64,000 bases of DNA from a bacterium (GTDB lineage Bacteria > Patescibacteriota > Microgenomatia > Levybacterales > UBA12049): NCBI GenBank assembly GCA_021777565.1, contig JAJYDJ010000002.1:197082-261081 (forward strand). Direction: 5' to 3'. The translations under genes were made by a program, and so were the position numbers. This document shows, piece by piece, positions 10,415 through 20,131 of the stretch (positions are counted from its first letter, which is position 1; every line of letters starts with the position of its first letter). Under the pieces are notes generated by a model. It did not search any database, was not told the origin of the DNA, and saw only the letters and a list, made by a program, of their open reading frames with translations.

Positions 10415-11593
10415 ATGGCAACATACGTAAGAACAAAACCACACGTAAATATCGGAACCATTGGTCACGTCGACCATGGTAAGACAACAACAACCGCTGC
10501 TATTTCTGCAGTTCTTGCCAAAAAAGGCATGGCAGAAAAAGTTGGTATTGATAAGATTGACGGAGCCCCAGAAGAAAAGGCTCGTGGTATTACCATTAAC
10601 ATTGCTCATATCGAATACGAAACTGCAAAGCGCCACTATGCACATATTGATGCTCCAGGACACGCAGATTACATCAAGAACATGATTACTGGTGCTGCTC
10701 AGATGGACGGAGCAATCCTCGTTGTTTCAGCTCCAGATGGTCCAATGCCTCAGACTCGTGAACACATTCTTCTTGCTAAGCAAGTTGGCGTTCCAGCAAT
10801 TGTTGTTTACCTCAACAAGTGCGACATGGTTCAAGATGAAGAACTTCTTGACCTCGTTGAAATGGAAGTTCGTGAACTTTTGACCAAATACGGGTTTGAT
10901 GGTGACAATTGCCCAGTGATACGTGGTTCCTCTCTCAAAGCTTTAGAAGGCGATGCACACTATGAAGAACAAATCATGAAACTCATGGATGCATGTGATG
11001 AATACATCCCAGATCCAGTACGCGCAACTGATAAGCCTCTTCTTATGCCTATTGAAGACGTATTCTCTATCAAGGGCCGTGGTACTGTTGTAACTGGAAG
11101 AATTGAGCGCGGAATTGTAAAAGTTGGTGACGAAGTAGAAATCGTCGGTGTTAAACCAACACAGAAGACTGTTGTTACTGGTGTTGAAATGTTTAAGAAA
11201 TCACTTGATCAAGGTGAAGCAGGCGACAACGTAGGTATCTTGATTCGAGGTATTGAAAAGAATCAAGTTGAACGTGGTCAAGTTGTTGCAAAACCAGGTT
11301 CAATTACACCTCACACCAAATTTGAAGCTGAAATCGTTGTTCTTTCAAAAGAAGAAGGCGGACGACATACACCATTCTTTAATGGATATCGTCCACAGTT
11401 CTACATCAGAACAACTGACGTGACTGGTGTCGTAACTCTTCCAGAAGGTACTGAAATGGTTATGCCAGGTGATAACACACACATCACTGCAGAATTGATT
11501 GTACCAATTGCTTTGGAAGAAGGAATGAGATTTGCTATCCGCGAAGGTGGCAAGACCGTCGGAGCAGGAGCAATCACCAAAGTTATTAAATAA
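10415..11593 (+). CDS. tuf: Elongation factor Tu
   Basis: [26 protein letters not shown]; start at MATYVRTK. Confidence 0.99.
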   Translation: MATYVRTKPHVNIGTIGHVDHGKTTTTAAISAVLAKKGMAEKVGIDKIDGAPEEKARGITINIAHIEYETAKRHYAHIDAPGHADYIKNMITGAAQMDGAILVVSAPDGPMPQTREHILLAKQVGVPAIVVYLNKCDMVQDEELLDLVEMEVRELLTKYGFDGDNCPVIRGSSLKALEGDAHYEEQIMKLMDACDEYIPDPVRATDKPLLMPIEDVFSIKGRGTVVTGRIERGIVKVGDEVEIVGVKPTQKTVVTGVEMFKKSLDQGEAGDNVGILIRGIEKNQVERGQVVAKPGSITPHTKFEAEIVVLSKEEGGRHTPFFNGYRPQFYIRTTDVTGVVTLPEGTEMVMPGDNTHITAELIVPIALEEGMRFAIREGGKTVGAGAITKVIK

Positions 11594-11651
11594 ATAAAAT
11601 CTTGAGTAATCAAGATTTTATTTGTATGACCGCCAAAAGGGCGGTTTTTTT
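11592..11651 (+). terminator. Tandem hairpins ending in an intrinsic terminator after tuf
   Basis: AAATAAAATCTTGA-GTAA-TCAAGATTTTATTT (14-bp perfect stem), then ACCGCC-AAAAG-GGCGGT followed by a T run. Confidence 0.8.
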
Positions 11652-11657
11652 GTACTT

Positions 11658-12164
11658 ATGGAAGTTACTATCGCGAATTTACAAGATATTGACAGGATAT
11701 GGGAGATCATCTCTGCGAATGCTCAGTGGTTACTAAATTACAAAGGCCTCTCCCATTGGAGTTCCTATTATACAAAAGACCTGATAGTAGAGGTTTGCAA
11801 GACAAAAACAGTATTTGTTCTGAAAAATGAGCATGGAGTAGTTGGACTTATCGCAATTTCAGATCATATGCCTGACTACTATACTGAACCTAGTAAAGAA
11901 GCGCTTACAAAGCTTATTCCTCCGGTCTTATTCCTTTCAATGCTTGCTGTGGATCCTGCATATCATAGGCATGGATTTGCAAATATACTTCTGGACTTTA
12001 TAGAGAAGTATGCAAAAGACAATAAATACAAGACAGTATGCTTAGATTGTAGAGCTGAGGATACGTCGCTCGTCGCATGGTATCTGAGAAAGCAATTTGG
12101 GATACACAATACTTTTGTGGAAGGTGAAGACGAGACATATCTCATGATGCAAAAAATGATATAA
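11658..12164 (+). CDS. GNAT-family N-acetyltransferase
   Basis: LAVDPAYHRHGFANILL acetyl-CoA motif A; LDC...LVAWY. Confidence 0.85.
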   Translation: MEVTIANLQDIDRIWEIISANAQWLLNYKGLSHWSSYYTKDLIVEVCKTKTVFVLKNEHGVVGLIAISDHMPDYYTEPSKEALTKLIPPVLFLSMLAVDPAYHRHGFANILLDFIEKYAKDNKYKTVCLDCRAEDTSLVAWYLRKQFGIHNTFVEGEDETYLMMQKMI

Positions 12165-12181
12165 GAGGATATACTGTCACT

Positions 12182-12913
12182 ATGCAAGACGCGTTTGAAA
12201 AAGTATTTAACAACAAAAAAAGAGTCCTTATTGTGACAGCTCACCCTGATGATGCAGAAATTTTCGCCGGGGGAACGATGGCCAGACTTATCGCCTCAGG
12301 TATTCAAGTACGCTCTGTGAAGGTGAGTTCTGGGGAGTGTGGATCACGACAAGAACAGATTACACAGGAAGAGTTGAAAAAAACTCGTGTCCAGGAAGAC
12401 AAAGCTTCGATGAAACTCTTGGGCCTGAAAGATGAAGACACTGTCTATTTAGACTGTGGAGACGGCAAAATCGAAGACAATCTCGATATCATTGGTAAAA
12501 TTGCTTTCCAAATTCGGGAGTTTAAACCTGATCTTATCATTACCCATAACCCTGAAGATGTCATAATTCGTTTTGCAAAAGATGTGAATTGGATTAATCA
12601 CAGGGACCATCGCAATACCGGGATCGTCACGACCTATGCGGCATATCCGTATAGTCGAGATAATCTTTTTTATCCAGAACAGCTCAAAGAAGTATCGCCA
12701 CATATTTGCAGTGAATTCCTTTTCGTAGACTATTACGATCATCCGGATGTGGTAGGTATTGAAGTGACTGATTTTGTTGAAAAAAGAATCCAGGCTCATG
12801 CCTCCCATGCATCACAATACACCGTAGAACATGCCAAAGATTCTGCAGACTTCTTCACCCTTCAACCTGACGGAAAACGATTTGAAACATTCCGCTACGT
12901 GATTGCTGACTAA
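12182..12913 (+). CDS. PIG-L/LmbE-family deacetylase
   Basis: AHPDDAE and HRDH zinc-binding motifs. Confidence 0.9.
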   Translation: MQDAFEKVFNNKKRVLIVTAHPDDAEIFAGGTMARLIASGIQVRSVKVSSGECGSRQEQITQEELKKTRVQEDKASMKLLGLKDEDTVYLDCGDGKIEDNLDIIGKIAFQIREFKPDLIITHNPEDVIIRFAKDVNWINHRDHRNTGIVTTYAAYPYSRDNLFYPEQLKEVSPHICSEFLFVDYYDHPDVVGIEVTDFVEKRIQAHASHASQYTVEHAKDSADFFTLQPDGKRFETFRYVIAD

Positions 12914-13473
12914 TGTTTACTGATCCCATTTTAATTCAACTTACACAGAAGTATCCTGCACCCACCTTTCAAGATAAATCAGAACGTTTATTTCTTGAGC
13001 TCGTGGAGTCTATTATTTCGCAACAGTTATCGGTGAAAGCATCAAATACGATTTTTGCCCGATTTGAGGCTCTTTTTGACACGCTTACCCCTCAAACACT
13101 TCTTGGGATGAATGATGAAAAGATTCGCGCCTGTGGCGTGTCTTATCAAAAGATAAAATATCTTAAGTCAGTAGCTGATGCATTTATAAACGGTATGATA
13201 CAAATCGATAAATTAAAGTATATGTCTGATGAGGAAGTAATCAGTCTTTTGACACAAATTCATGGGGTAGGCAGATGGACGGCTGAAATGATTTTGATTT
13301 TTACTCTTGCAAGACCTGATATCTTTTCACTCGGGGATCAAGGGCTAAAAAATGCTATTGAGAAACTGTATGGCGTGACTGACCTCAAAGAAATACTTGC
13401 CTTATCTGAGAAGTGGGCGCCATATCGGTCAACTGCCTGTTGGTATCTGTGGAAAAGTCTGGATAATACCTAA
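12913..13473 (+). CDS. DNA-3-methyladenine glycosylase II (AlkA/HhH-GPD family)
   Basis: IISQQLS, HhH GVGRWTAEM, LGDQG, WAPYRS. Confidence 0.92.
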   Translation: MFTDPILIQLTQKYPAPTFQDKSERLFLELVESIISQQLSVKASNTIFARFEALFDTLTPQTLLGMNDEKIRACGVSYQKIKYLKSVADAFINGMIQIDKLKYMSDEEVISLLTQIHGVGRWTAEMILIFTLARPDIFSLGDQGLKNAIEKLYGVTDLKEILALSEKWAPYRSTACWYLWKSLDNT

Positions 13474-13474
13474 C

Positions 13475-13978
13475 TTACTGATCTCTTCGAGTATCCCGGC
13501 CAGGAGTTGATAGCTCAAGGCCAATCCGTAATAGTCTTTCGACGTCATCTGCTGGAGGATCATCTCTCTCCCATGGCTGAGGTACTTTAAACCCCGCAAA
13601 TTGCGCAAGAGTATGGTGGACTGTCTCTGTAGCTTGTGCAAGTGGTATACCTCTTGTTGAGATTTCAGCACCAATGAGGACGATACATGTTGAAAGTTGT
13701 GCACGATGTCTTTCTGACTGTGCGTATAAATGGTGAAGAGGGTCTCTAAAATGTGCGAAAGGAAGTGTTGCGGCCATTATTGCAGATTGAATCTCTGGAT
13801 GTTCTCTCAATAGCTGTTCTTGTCTCTGTTGAAAGAGTGTATAAAATGTTCTCTGCCAATGTGTACTAAACTCGTGAGGTGGTTCAATTAATGCCGCAAA
13901 GAGATTGGCACGGGGAGCCTGCATCATACTCAGAAGCGATGCATCTTGAAGTGAGACTTCTTGCTCAACTTGCGACAT
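13475..13978 (-). CDS. Hypothetical protein
   Basis: 167-aa ORF fills the gap; TATAGT lies 7 nt before the ATG. Confidence 0.6.
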   Translation of the reverse strand: MSQVEQEVSLQDASLLSMMQAPRANLFAALIEPPHEFSTHWQRTFYTLFQQRQEQLLREHPEIQSAIMAATLPFAHFRDPLHHLYAQSERHRAQLSTCIVLIGAEISTRGIPLAQATETVHHTLAQFAGFKVPQPWERDDPPADDVERLLRIGLELSTPGRDTRRDQ

Positions 13979-14031
13979 GGCTCACACTATACGCTTTTTG
14001 GGAATAAAGTCAAATAGAGGCTAATAACGCA

Positions 14032-14060
14032 TAGACAAATGTAGGGGGATGGTGTATACT
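14032..14060 (+). promoter_or_regulatory. Promoter for rpsJ
   Basis: TAGACA-17 bp-TATACT. Confidence 0.65.
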
Positions 14061-14085
14061 ACACGTACCGTTCTTTAAAAGACCT

Positions 14086-14394
14086 ATGCCTAAAGGAAGA
14101 ATTAGAGTTAGATTAAAAGCATATGACGCACGCGTCATTGATTCGTGTTGCCAACAAATTCTTGATACCGCCATCCGCACGGGCGCTAAGGTAGTAGGTC
14201 CTATTCCACTCCCAACTGATCGTTCCCTCTATGTTGTCAACAAAGGTCCATTTATTGATAAAGACGCACGAGACCACTTTGAAATGCGCGTACATAAGCG
14301 CCTTATTGATATCATGAGTCCAACAGATAAGACTATGGATAGTCTTTCTCATTTGGAGCTTCCAGCAGGTGTGGATATTGAAATCCGCATGTAA
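14086..14394 (+). CDS. rpsJ: 30S ribosomal protein S10
   Basis: RVRLKAYD, GPIPLPT, HKRLIDI. Confidence 0.99.
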   Translation: MPKGRIRVRLKAYDARVIDSCCQQILDTAIRTGAKVVGPIPLPTDRSLYVVNKGPFIDKDARDHFEMRVHKRLIDIMSPTDKTMDSLSHLELPAGVDIEIRM

Positions 14395-14414
14395 TAATTA
14401 GCCACGTTCTCCCC

Positions 14415-14443
14415 TTGCGATATTCCCTCCCTTTTGGTACAAT
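14415..14443 (+). promoter_or_regulatory. Internal promoter upstream of rplC
   Basis: TTGCGA-17 bp-TACAAT with extended -10 TG. Confidence 0.7.
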
Positions 14444-14449
14444 CTCAGT

Positions 14450-14541
14450 ACACAAACCATGATGGTACAAACATTTGGTGTGATAACTAAAGGCTAGCTT
14501 CGGATTCTCGCTTGTGTGTAGCGGCTCCGGGCCGCTTTTTT
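14450..14541 (+). promoter_or_regulatory. Candidate structured leader/attenuator of the rplC operon
   Basis: ACACAA (14450-55) pairs with TTGTGT (14512-17); hairpin AGCGGC-TCCGG-GCCGCT with T6 tail ending 11 nt before the rplC ATG. Confidence 0.55.
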
Positions 14542-14552
14542 AATATATAACT

Positions 14553-15491
14553 ATGAACGCAATATTAGCTAAAAAAATAAAACAATCTCAAGTGTTCTTG
14601 ACTGATGGGACACGGATGCCTGCTACGATCCTTGATGCTACCCCAAATACCGTCTATGCTGTCAAAACCGCAGATCGCGATGGATATGTCGCCATTCAAC
14701 TCGGTTTTGGTATGAAGAAAAATGCAACCAAAGCTGAAATCGGACACGCAAAAGGAGCCAATAAAGAAAAGGCTCCTTCTTTTTTGCGAGAAATTCGTTT
14801 GGAGACAGCTGATGGGATGGAAATTGGTGGCACAGTTAAAGCTGCTGAGGTTTTTGAGGTTGGAGATATCGTCGATGTTCAGGGTTTTTCAAAAGGAAAA
14901 GGATTTGCCGGCGTCGTGAAGCGTTTTCACTTCCGCGGTGGTCCACGAACTCATGGTCAGTCTGATCGTGAAAGAGCGCCTGGATCTATTGGAGCAGGTA
15001 CTACTCCAGGTCGTGTGTATAAAAATAAGCGCATGGCAGGCAAAAAGGGAAATGATTTTGTTACTATCAAAAATTTGATTGTCTTGGCTGTAAGTGAGAA
15101 TGAAATGGTTGTTTCAGGCCTTATCCCTGGGAAATTGACTGGTATGGTCACCGTACTCTCAACTGGGAAGAAAATGAAGAAGTTGGCAGACGTCATTGAC
15201 CCACTGATTGAGCTTCCAAAAGAAGAAGTTGTAGAGACACCAGTAGAAGAGATGGTTGAAGAGGCTCCAGTAGTCGCAGAAACACCATCTGAGGAAGTAC
15301 AAGCCGAAACTGAAAAAGAAAATGCAGAGACAGAAGGGTTTGTCGCAGCAGAAATGAGTGAAGAGCCAATTGAAAATGTAGAGGACTTGAAAAAAGAAGA
15401 ACCAGCAGCAGAGGAAGAAGCACCTGTTGCAGAAGAAGTAAAGCCTGCCGACGTTGAAAACTCTGGCGAGGCGAAGGAGGAGGAAAAATAA
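14553..15491 (+). CDS. rplC: 50S ribosomal protein L3 with long acidic C-terminal tail
   Basis: SKGKGFAGVVKR, HGQSDRERAPGSIG. Confidence 0.98.
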   Translation: MNAILAKKIKQSQVFLTDGTRMPATILDATPNTVYAVKTADRDGYVAIQLGFGMKKNATKAEIGHAKGANKEKAPSFLREIRLETADGMEIGGTVKAAEVFEVGDIVDVQGFSKGKGFAGVVKRFHFRGGPRTHGQSDRERAPGSIGAGTTPGRVYKNKRMAGKKGNDFVTIKNLIVLAVSENEMVVSGLIPGKLTGMVTVLSTGKKMKKLADVIDPLIELPKEEVVETPVEEMVEEAPVVAETPSEEVQAETEKENAETEGFVAAEMSEEPIENVEDLKKEEPAAEEEAPVAEEVKPADVENSGEAKEEEK

Positions 15492-15494
15492 ACC

Positions 15495-16292
15495 ATGCCT
15501 AAAGTCGCAAAAACAGCTGAAAAAGCACCAAAAACAGTAAAAGCTACTAAAAGTACTGCTGTTAAAAAAGCAGTAGCAGAAGAAGTTGTAAAGGAGGCTG
15601 TGGTAACAGAGTCAGTAAAACCTATGAAAGAAAAGAAAACAATAACGTTAAATAAAGGGTTGAAAGCACCAGTTTTTGATATCAAGGGTAGTGAAGTTGA
15701 AACAACGGAGCTTCCAAAGGAATTATTTGCTGGCAAGGAAAACCCAACATTGGTCGCACAAGCAGTTCGCGTATATCTTGCCAACCAGCGCCAAGGGAAC
15801 GCATCGACCAAGACTCGAGGAGAGGTAACAGGGTCAACAAAGAAGATTTATCAGCAAAAGCATACTGGACGTGCTCGTCACGGTGGTAAGCGTGCTCCAA
15901 TCTTTGTTCATGGAGGTATCGCTCATGGTCCAAAACCACGAGATTACTCTTTGAAGCTTCCTGAAAAGATGAAGAAGGCAGCACTTGTTGCCGCACTTAC
16001 AGGGCGCGTTGCAGACGGTAGTTATGCTTTGGTTAAAGACCTCTTTAGTATGGAGACCAAGACAAAAGTAGCAGATGCATTTTTGACCAAGCTTGGCATG
16101 ACAGAAAAGCGCAGTCTATTGGTTGTTACCGGCTCAGATAACAAAGACGTTGTACGCTCACTTCGAAATCTGACAGGTGTGCAAGTGACCAGTGCAAGTC
16201 GTCTTACAACTTATGAAGTATTGGCCAAAAAATATGTACTCTTTATGAGTGAGGCATTACCAGTGCTTCAAGAAAGGGTAAAGGCAAAATAA
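15495..16292 (+). CDS. rplD: 50S ribosomal protein L4 with K/A/E-rich N-terminal extension
   Basis: RQGNASTKTRGEV, QKHTGRARHG, HGPKPRDY. Confidence 0.98.
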   Translation: MPKVAKTAEKAPKTVKATKSTAVKKAVAEEVVKEAVVTESVKPMKEKKTITLNKGLKAPVFDIKGSEVETTELPKELFAGKENPTLVAQAVRVYLANQRQGNASTKTRGEVTGSTKKIYQQKHTGRARHGGKRAPIFVHGGIAHGPKPRDYSLKLPEKMKKAALVAALTGRVADGSYALVKDLFSMETKTKVADAFLTKLGMTEKRSLLVVTGSDNKDVVRSLRNLTGVQVTSASRLTTYEVLAKKYVLFMSEALPVLQERVKAK

Positions 16293-16293
16293 T

Positions 16294-16581
16294 ATGAACG
16301 TACTTATCAAACCAGTCATCACAGAAAAATCATTGATGGAAGCAGCAAAAAACCGCTTTACCTTTGAGGTAGCATTGAGTGCAACCAAGCCTGAGATTAA
16401 AAGGGTTGTTGAGGACCAGTTTGGCGTACACGTTTTGGGTGTTGCAACTATTATTACTCACGGGAAGACTATTCGTACCGGCAAAAACCGCCGAGAGTCA
16501 TTCCAAAAGGAAGTAAAAAAAGCTATTGTGACCCTCAAAGCAGGCGAAACCATCAGCTACTTTGAGCAGAAGGGTGAGTAA
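16294..16581 (+). CDS. rplW: 50S ribosomal protein L23
   Basis: PVITEKS, KKAIVTL; synteny. Confidence 0.97.
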   Translation: MNVLIKPVITEKSLMEAAKNRFTFEVALSATKPEIKRVVEDQFGVHVLGVATIITHGKTIRTGKNRRESFQKEVKKAIVTLKAGETISYFEQKGE

Positions 16582-16595
16582 TGGTATAATTGCAT

Positions 16596-17333
16596 ATGAA
16601 AAAACTCTTAGTAATTCGAAAAAAACACGGCGGGCGAGATACACAAGGAAGAGTAGCAGTTCGTCACCGAGGTGGAGAGCACAAGCGTTTTATCCGCTTG
16701 GTTGATTTTCGCCGAAATAAATCTTTAACAGGAACAATAGAAAGTATCGAGTACGATCCAAATCGTCACTGCAAAATTGCATTGGTGCTCTATCCGGATG
16801 GTGAACGTCGATACATATTATGCCCAGTTGGTCTGGAGATAGGCATGAAAGTTGTCTCAGGTCCAACCGCTGATATCAAGGTCGGGAACGCACTCCCACT
16901 GGAGCGCATTCCTATGGGTACAACAGTTCATAATATTGAACTTACAGCAGGTCGTGGTGGACAAATCGCCCGAGGTGCAGGAGTTGGAGCAACTGTTGGG
17001 TCAATTGAAGGGAATTTTATTCAGATCAAGTTGCCATCTGGAGAAGTTCGTAAAGTTGTTAAGAATTGTATGGCAACCATCGGCCAAGTCGGCAATGTCG
17101 GCTGGAAAGATGAAGTTATTGGTAAAGCAGGTCGTAAGCGTCATATGGGGATTCGACCAACAGTTCGTGGAGTTGCACAAAATCCACGATCACATCCACA
17201 CGGAGGTGGAGAAGGTCGAAGTGGTATCGGTATGCCTACACCAAAAACCTTTGCAGGACGCAATGCTGTTGGAAAGACACGACGACCAAAGAAGTATTCA
17301 AATAAGTTTATTGTGCAAAGGAGAAAGAAATAA
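16596..17333 (+). CDS. rplB: 50S ribosomal protein L2
   Basis: [28 protein letters not shown]. Confidence 0.98.
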   Translation: MKKLLVIRKKHGGRDTQGRVAVRHRGGEHKRFIRLVDFRRNKSLTGTIESIEYDPNRHCKIALVLYPDGERRYILCPVGLEIGMKVVSGPTADIKVGNALPLERIPMGTTVHNIELTAGRGGQIARGAGVGATVGSIEGNFIQIKLPSGEVRKVVKNCMATIGQVGNVGWKDEVIGKAGRKRHMGIRPTVRGVAQNPRSHPHGGGEGRSGIGMPTPKTFAGRNAVGKTRRPKKYSNKFIVQRRKK

Positions 17334-17335
17334 AT

Positions 17336-17620
17336 ATGAGTAGATCACTGAAAAAAGGACCATACATTGACGAGCGCGTGATGAAAAAAGTCATGACTCA
17401 GAAAGCAAGTGGCGATCACGGCCAGATAAAAACTTGGTCTCGTGCATGCCAAATTGCTCCTGAATTCGTTGGACACACCTTTGGTGTATATAACGGCCAT
17501 GTTTTTGTGAACGTATTCGTGACTGAATCTATGGTAGGACATCGTTTGGGTGAATTTTCACCAACACGTACCTTTAGATCACATGGACGTGTCGTCTCAC
17601 GTGAGATCTCAAAGACATAA
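17336..17620 (+). CDS. rpsS: 30S ribosomal protein S19
   Basis: [21 protein letters not shown]. Confidence 0.98.
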   Translation: MSRSLKKGPYIDERVMKKVMTQKASGDHGQIKTWSRACQIAPEFVGHTFGVYNGHVFVNVFVTESMVGHRLGEFSPTRTFRSHGRVVSREISKT

Positions 17621-17625
17621 CATAT

Positions 17626-17949
17626 ATGAAAGCAATAGTACGAAACTTACAAGTAAGCCCACGCAAAGTCAGATTGGTTGCTGACAGTATCCGTGGTATG
17701 AATGCAGAAAAGGCACTGCGCCAGCTGACTCTCATTGAGAAGCATGCTAGTGAGCCGCTCACAAAAGTTATTAAGAGTGCTGTGGCTAACTCAGGCAAAG
17801 ACGCCCGAAGTCTCATGATCGAGACATTGGTTGTGAATGAAGGCATTTCTTTGAAACGTTTTCATCAAGCAACACGAGGTCGAATTGAGCCATTTCAAAA
17901 GCGTCGTAGTCACGTCAGTGTGATATTAAAGGAGGTAACCAATGGGTAA
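17626..17949 (+). CDS. rplV: 50S ribosomal protein L22
   Basis: SPRKVRLVADSIRG, KRRSHV. Confidence 0.97.
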   Translation: MKAIVRNLQVSPRKVRLVADSIRGMNAEKALRQLTLIEKHASEPLTKVIKSAVANSGKDARSLMIETLVVNEGISLKRFHQATRGRIEPFQKRRSHVSVILKEVTNG

Positions 17950-18592
17950 GAAAGTAAATCCAACAGTATTGCGTTTAGGTACAATCTTTAATTGGCAAAG
18001 TCGATGGTTTGCTGGGAAAGATTACAAGACTATCCTCAAGCAGGATTTTGCCCTTCGTGATTCACTCATGAAGAAGCTTGCTCATGCTGGGATTGCACGA
18101 GTCGAAATTGAGCGTTCTATTAACAGTATTCGCATCATTTTGCATGTTGCTAAGCCAGGTATGGTGATCGGACGAGGCGGAAGTGGATTGGAAGATCTGA
18201 AAAAATTTATTACTGATATTCTTTCTGAAAAAGGGAAAATCGCAACAAAGAGTCTTCCTCGTGTAGATACTCGTGTTGAGGCTGTGAAAGAGCCAAATCT
18301 TGATGCCTATCTGGTAGCCAAGAATATCTCTGATCAGTTGGTAAAGCGCTTACCATTTAAGAGAGTCTTAAACCAGAATGCAGAACGTGTTATGGGTAGT
18401 GGAGCAAAGGGTGTTAAAATTTTAATCACCGGTCGTGTCGCAGGGTCAGATATCGCACGCCGAGAGAAGATTTCACTAGGTACTGTACCACTCTCAACGA
18501 TTCGCGAAGAGATTTTATATGCAACCTGTCCTGCACTTACTCAAAAAGGATACATTGGGGTAAAAGTGTGGATTAACTTAGGAGAGAAATAA
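17942..18592 (+). CDS. rpsC: 30S ribosomal protein S3
   Basis: [22 protein letters not shown]. Confidence 0.98.
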   Translation: MGKKVNPTVLRLGTIFNWQSRWFAGKDYKTILKQDFALRDSLMKKLAHAGIARVEIERSINSIRIILHVAKPGMVIGRGGSGLEDLKKFITDILSEKGKIATKSLPRVDTRVEAVKEPNLDAYLVAKNISDQLVKRLPFKRVLNQNAERVMGSGAKGVKILITGRVAGSDIARREKISLGTVPLSTIREEILYATCPALTQKGYIGVKVWINLGEK

Positions 18593-18593
18593 T

Positions 18594-19010
18594 ATGTTGT
18601 TAGCACCAAGAAGAACAAAATACCGAAAACAGATGAGAGGCACCATGAAAGGTGTGGCTCACTCTGGGACGACCCTTGCATTTGGGGACTATGGATTAGT
18701 GTCTGATGAGACGTCATGGGTTACGAGTCGACAGATTGAGGCAGCACGACGTGCTATCACCCATTACATTGCTCGAGGTGGTCGTGTATGGATCAGAATT
18801 TTTCCTGATAAACCAATCACGAAGAAACCACCAGAAGTCCGCATGGGGTCTGGAAAAGGTGATATTTTTGCCTACGTTGCATGTGTCAAACCAGGTCGTG
18901 TGATGTTTGAAATGGCAGGCGTGAATCGTGAAATGGCAAAGGAAGCTCTCAGGCTTGCTATGCACAAATTACCAGTGAAATCGACATTTATTGAGAAGGA
19001 GACTAAATAA
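18594..19010 (+). CDS. rplP: 50S ribosomal protein L16
   Basis: [15 protein letters not shown]. Confidence 0.98.
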   Translation: MLLAPRRTKYRKQMRGTMKGVAHSGTTLAFGDYGLVSDETSWVTSRQIEAARRAITHYIARGGRVWIRIFPDKPITKKPPEVRMGSGKGDIFAYVACVKPGRVMFEMAGVNREMAKEALRLAMHKLPVKSTFIEKETK

Positions 19011-19219
19011 TGGCAAAAAAAGCAGAAAAAGTAACAAAAGTAACTGAAAGTCCGTCAGCTGACGGAGCAACAGAGCGCATCATGACGCTCAAAAAAGAGA
19101 TCCAAAAGTTGCGTTTGGAGCTCGTGGCTGGTAAACTCAAAAACACCAGTGAGCTTTCAAAGAAGCGAAAGGAGATTGCACGTTTGTTAACAGCAGCGTC
19201 AGCAAAAAAATATGAGTAA
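19010..19219 (+). CDS. rpmC: 50S ribosomal protein L29
   Basis: LKNTSEL...RKEIARLLT; synteny. Confidence 0.9.
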   Translation: MAKKAEKVTKVTESPSADGATERIMTLKKEIQKLRLELVAGKLKNTSELSKKRKEIARLLTAASAKKYE

Positions 19220-19445
19220 AGTATTAAGAGGAAAAGTCGTAGCAGCAAAACAGGATAAAACCGCAGTGGTTGAAGTCCTTCGTCGTGTCGCTCATCCATT
19301 GTACAAGAGATTGATGCGTAAAACCAAAAGATATCAAGTTGATACCAATGGAAAAGAAGTAAAAGAAGGGATGGAAGTACGTATTGTTGAAACAGCGAAA
19401 ATGTCCAAAAACAAGTATTTTAAGATTGAGGAGGTAATCGCCTAA
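19212..19445 (+). CDS. rpsQ: 30S ribosomal protein S17
   Basis: GKVV...DKTAVV, HPLYKR. Confidence 0.97.
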   Translation: MSKVLRGKVVAAKQDKTAVVEVLRRVAHPLYKRLMRKTKRYQVDTNGKEVKEGMEVRIVETAKMSKNKYFKIEEVIA

Positions 19446-19446
19446 T

Positions 19447-19821
19447 ATGATTCAGCTAAGAAGTATGGTTCGCTCTGCCGATAACAGTGGAGCAAAAGTA
19501 TTACAAGTGATTCACGTCTATGGTGGATCTAAGCGAAAGTTTGGATTCGTCGGAGATGTTGTGAATTGTGTGGTAAAAAAAGCACTGCCAACAGGTACTG
19601 TGAAGACCAGTGAAATGGTAAAAGCAGTCTTGGTGAGAGCACGTAAAGAAACACGACGTAAAGATGGATCATATGTACGGTTCTCAGAAAATGCCGTAGT
19701 TGTCATTAAAGACATGAAGAATAAAGAACCAGTTGGTACTCGTATTTTTGGCCCAATTGCACGTGAGGTTCGTGATAGAGGATATATGAAAATCGTTAGT
19801 ATGGCACCGGAGGTAGTATAA
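19447..19821 (+). CDS. rplN: 50S ribosomal protein L14
   Basis: ADNSGAK, GTRIFGPIAREV. Confidence 0.98.
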   Translation: MIQLRSMVRSADNSGAKVLQVIHVYGGSKRKFGFVGDVVNCVVKKALPTGTVKTSEMVKAVLVRARKETRRKDGSYVRFSENAVVVIKDMKNKEPVGTRIFGPIAREVRDRGYMKIVSMAPEVV

Positions 19822-19823
19822 GT

Positions 19824-20129
19824 ATGAAATTAAGAAAGAATGATGAAATTATTGTAACCAGAGGCAAAGAGAAAGGGAAAACAGGCAAAGTTGAGACTGT
19901 TATGCCAGCTGATTCAAAAGTGCTGATTCCAGGACTCAACGAATACAAGAGACACACCAAGGGTCGAGGGCAAGGTCAAAAATCAGAAATTGTGACCTTC
20001 TCACGTCCACTCAATGTAGCAAATGTTGCTTTGGTTTGCCCAAACTGCAAGAAACAGACTCGTATCGGTTTCCGCATGGAGAAAGATCAGAAAGTGCGTT
20101 TCTGCAAGAAATGTGAAAAAACAATATAA
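19824..20129 (+). CDS. rplX: 50S ribosomal protein L24
   Basis: KOW motif GKEKGKTGKV; CPNC...CKKC. Confidence 0.97.
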   Translation: MKLRKNDEIIVTRGKEKGKTGKVETVMPADSKVLIPGLNEYKRHTKGRGQGQKSEIVTFSRPLNVANVALVCPNCKKQTRIGFRMEKDQKVRFCKKCEKTI

Positions 20130-20131
20130 CT

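Noticed and set aside
14957-15811. 284-aa minus-strand ORF
   Set aside because: Antisense shadow of rplC/rplD; the S/T/F-rich sequence mirrors GAA/AAA codons
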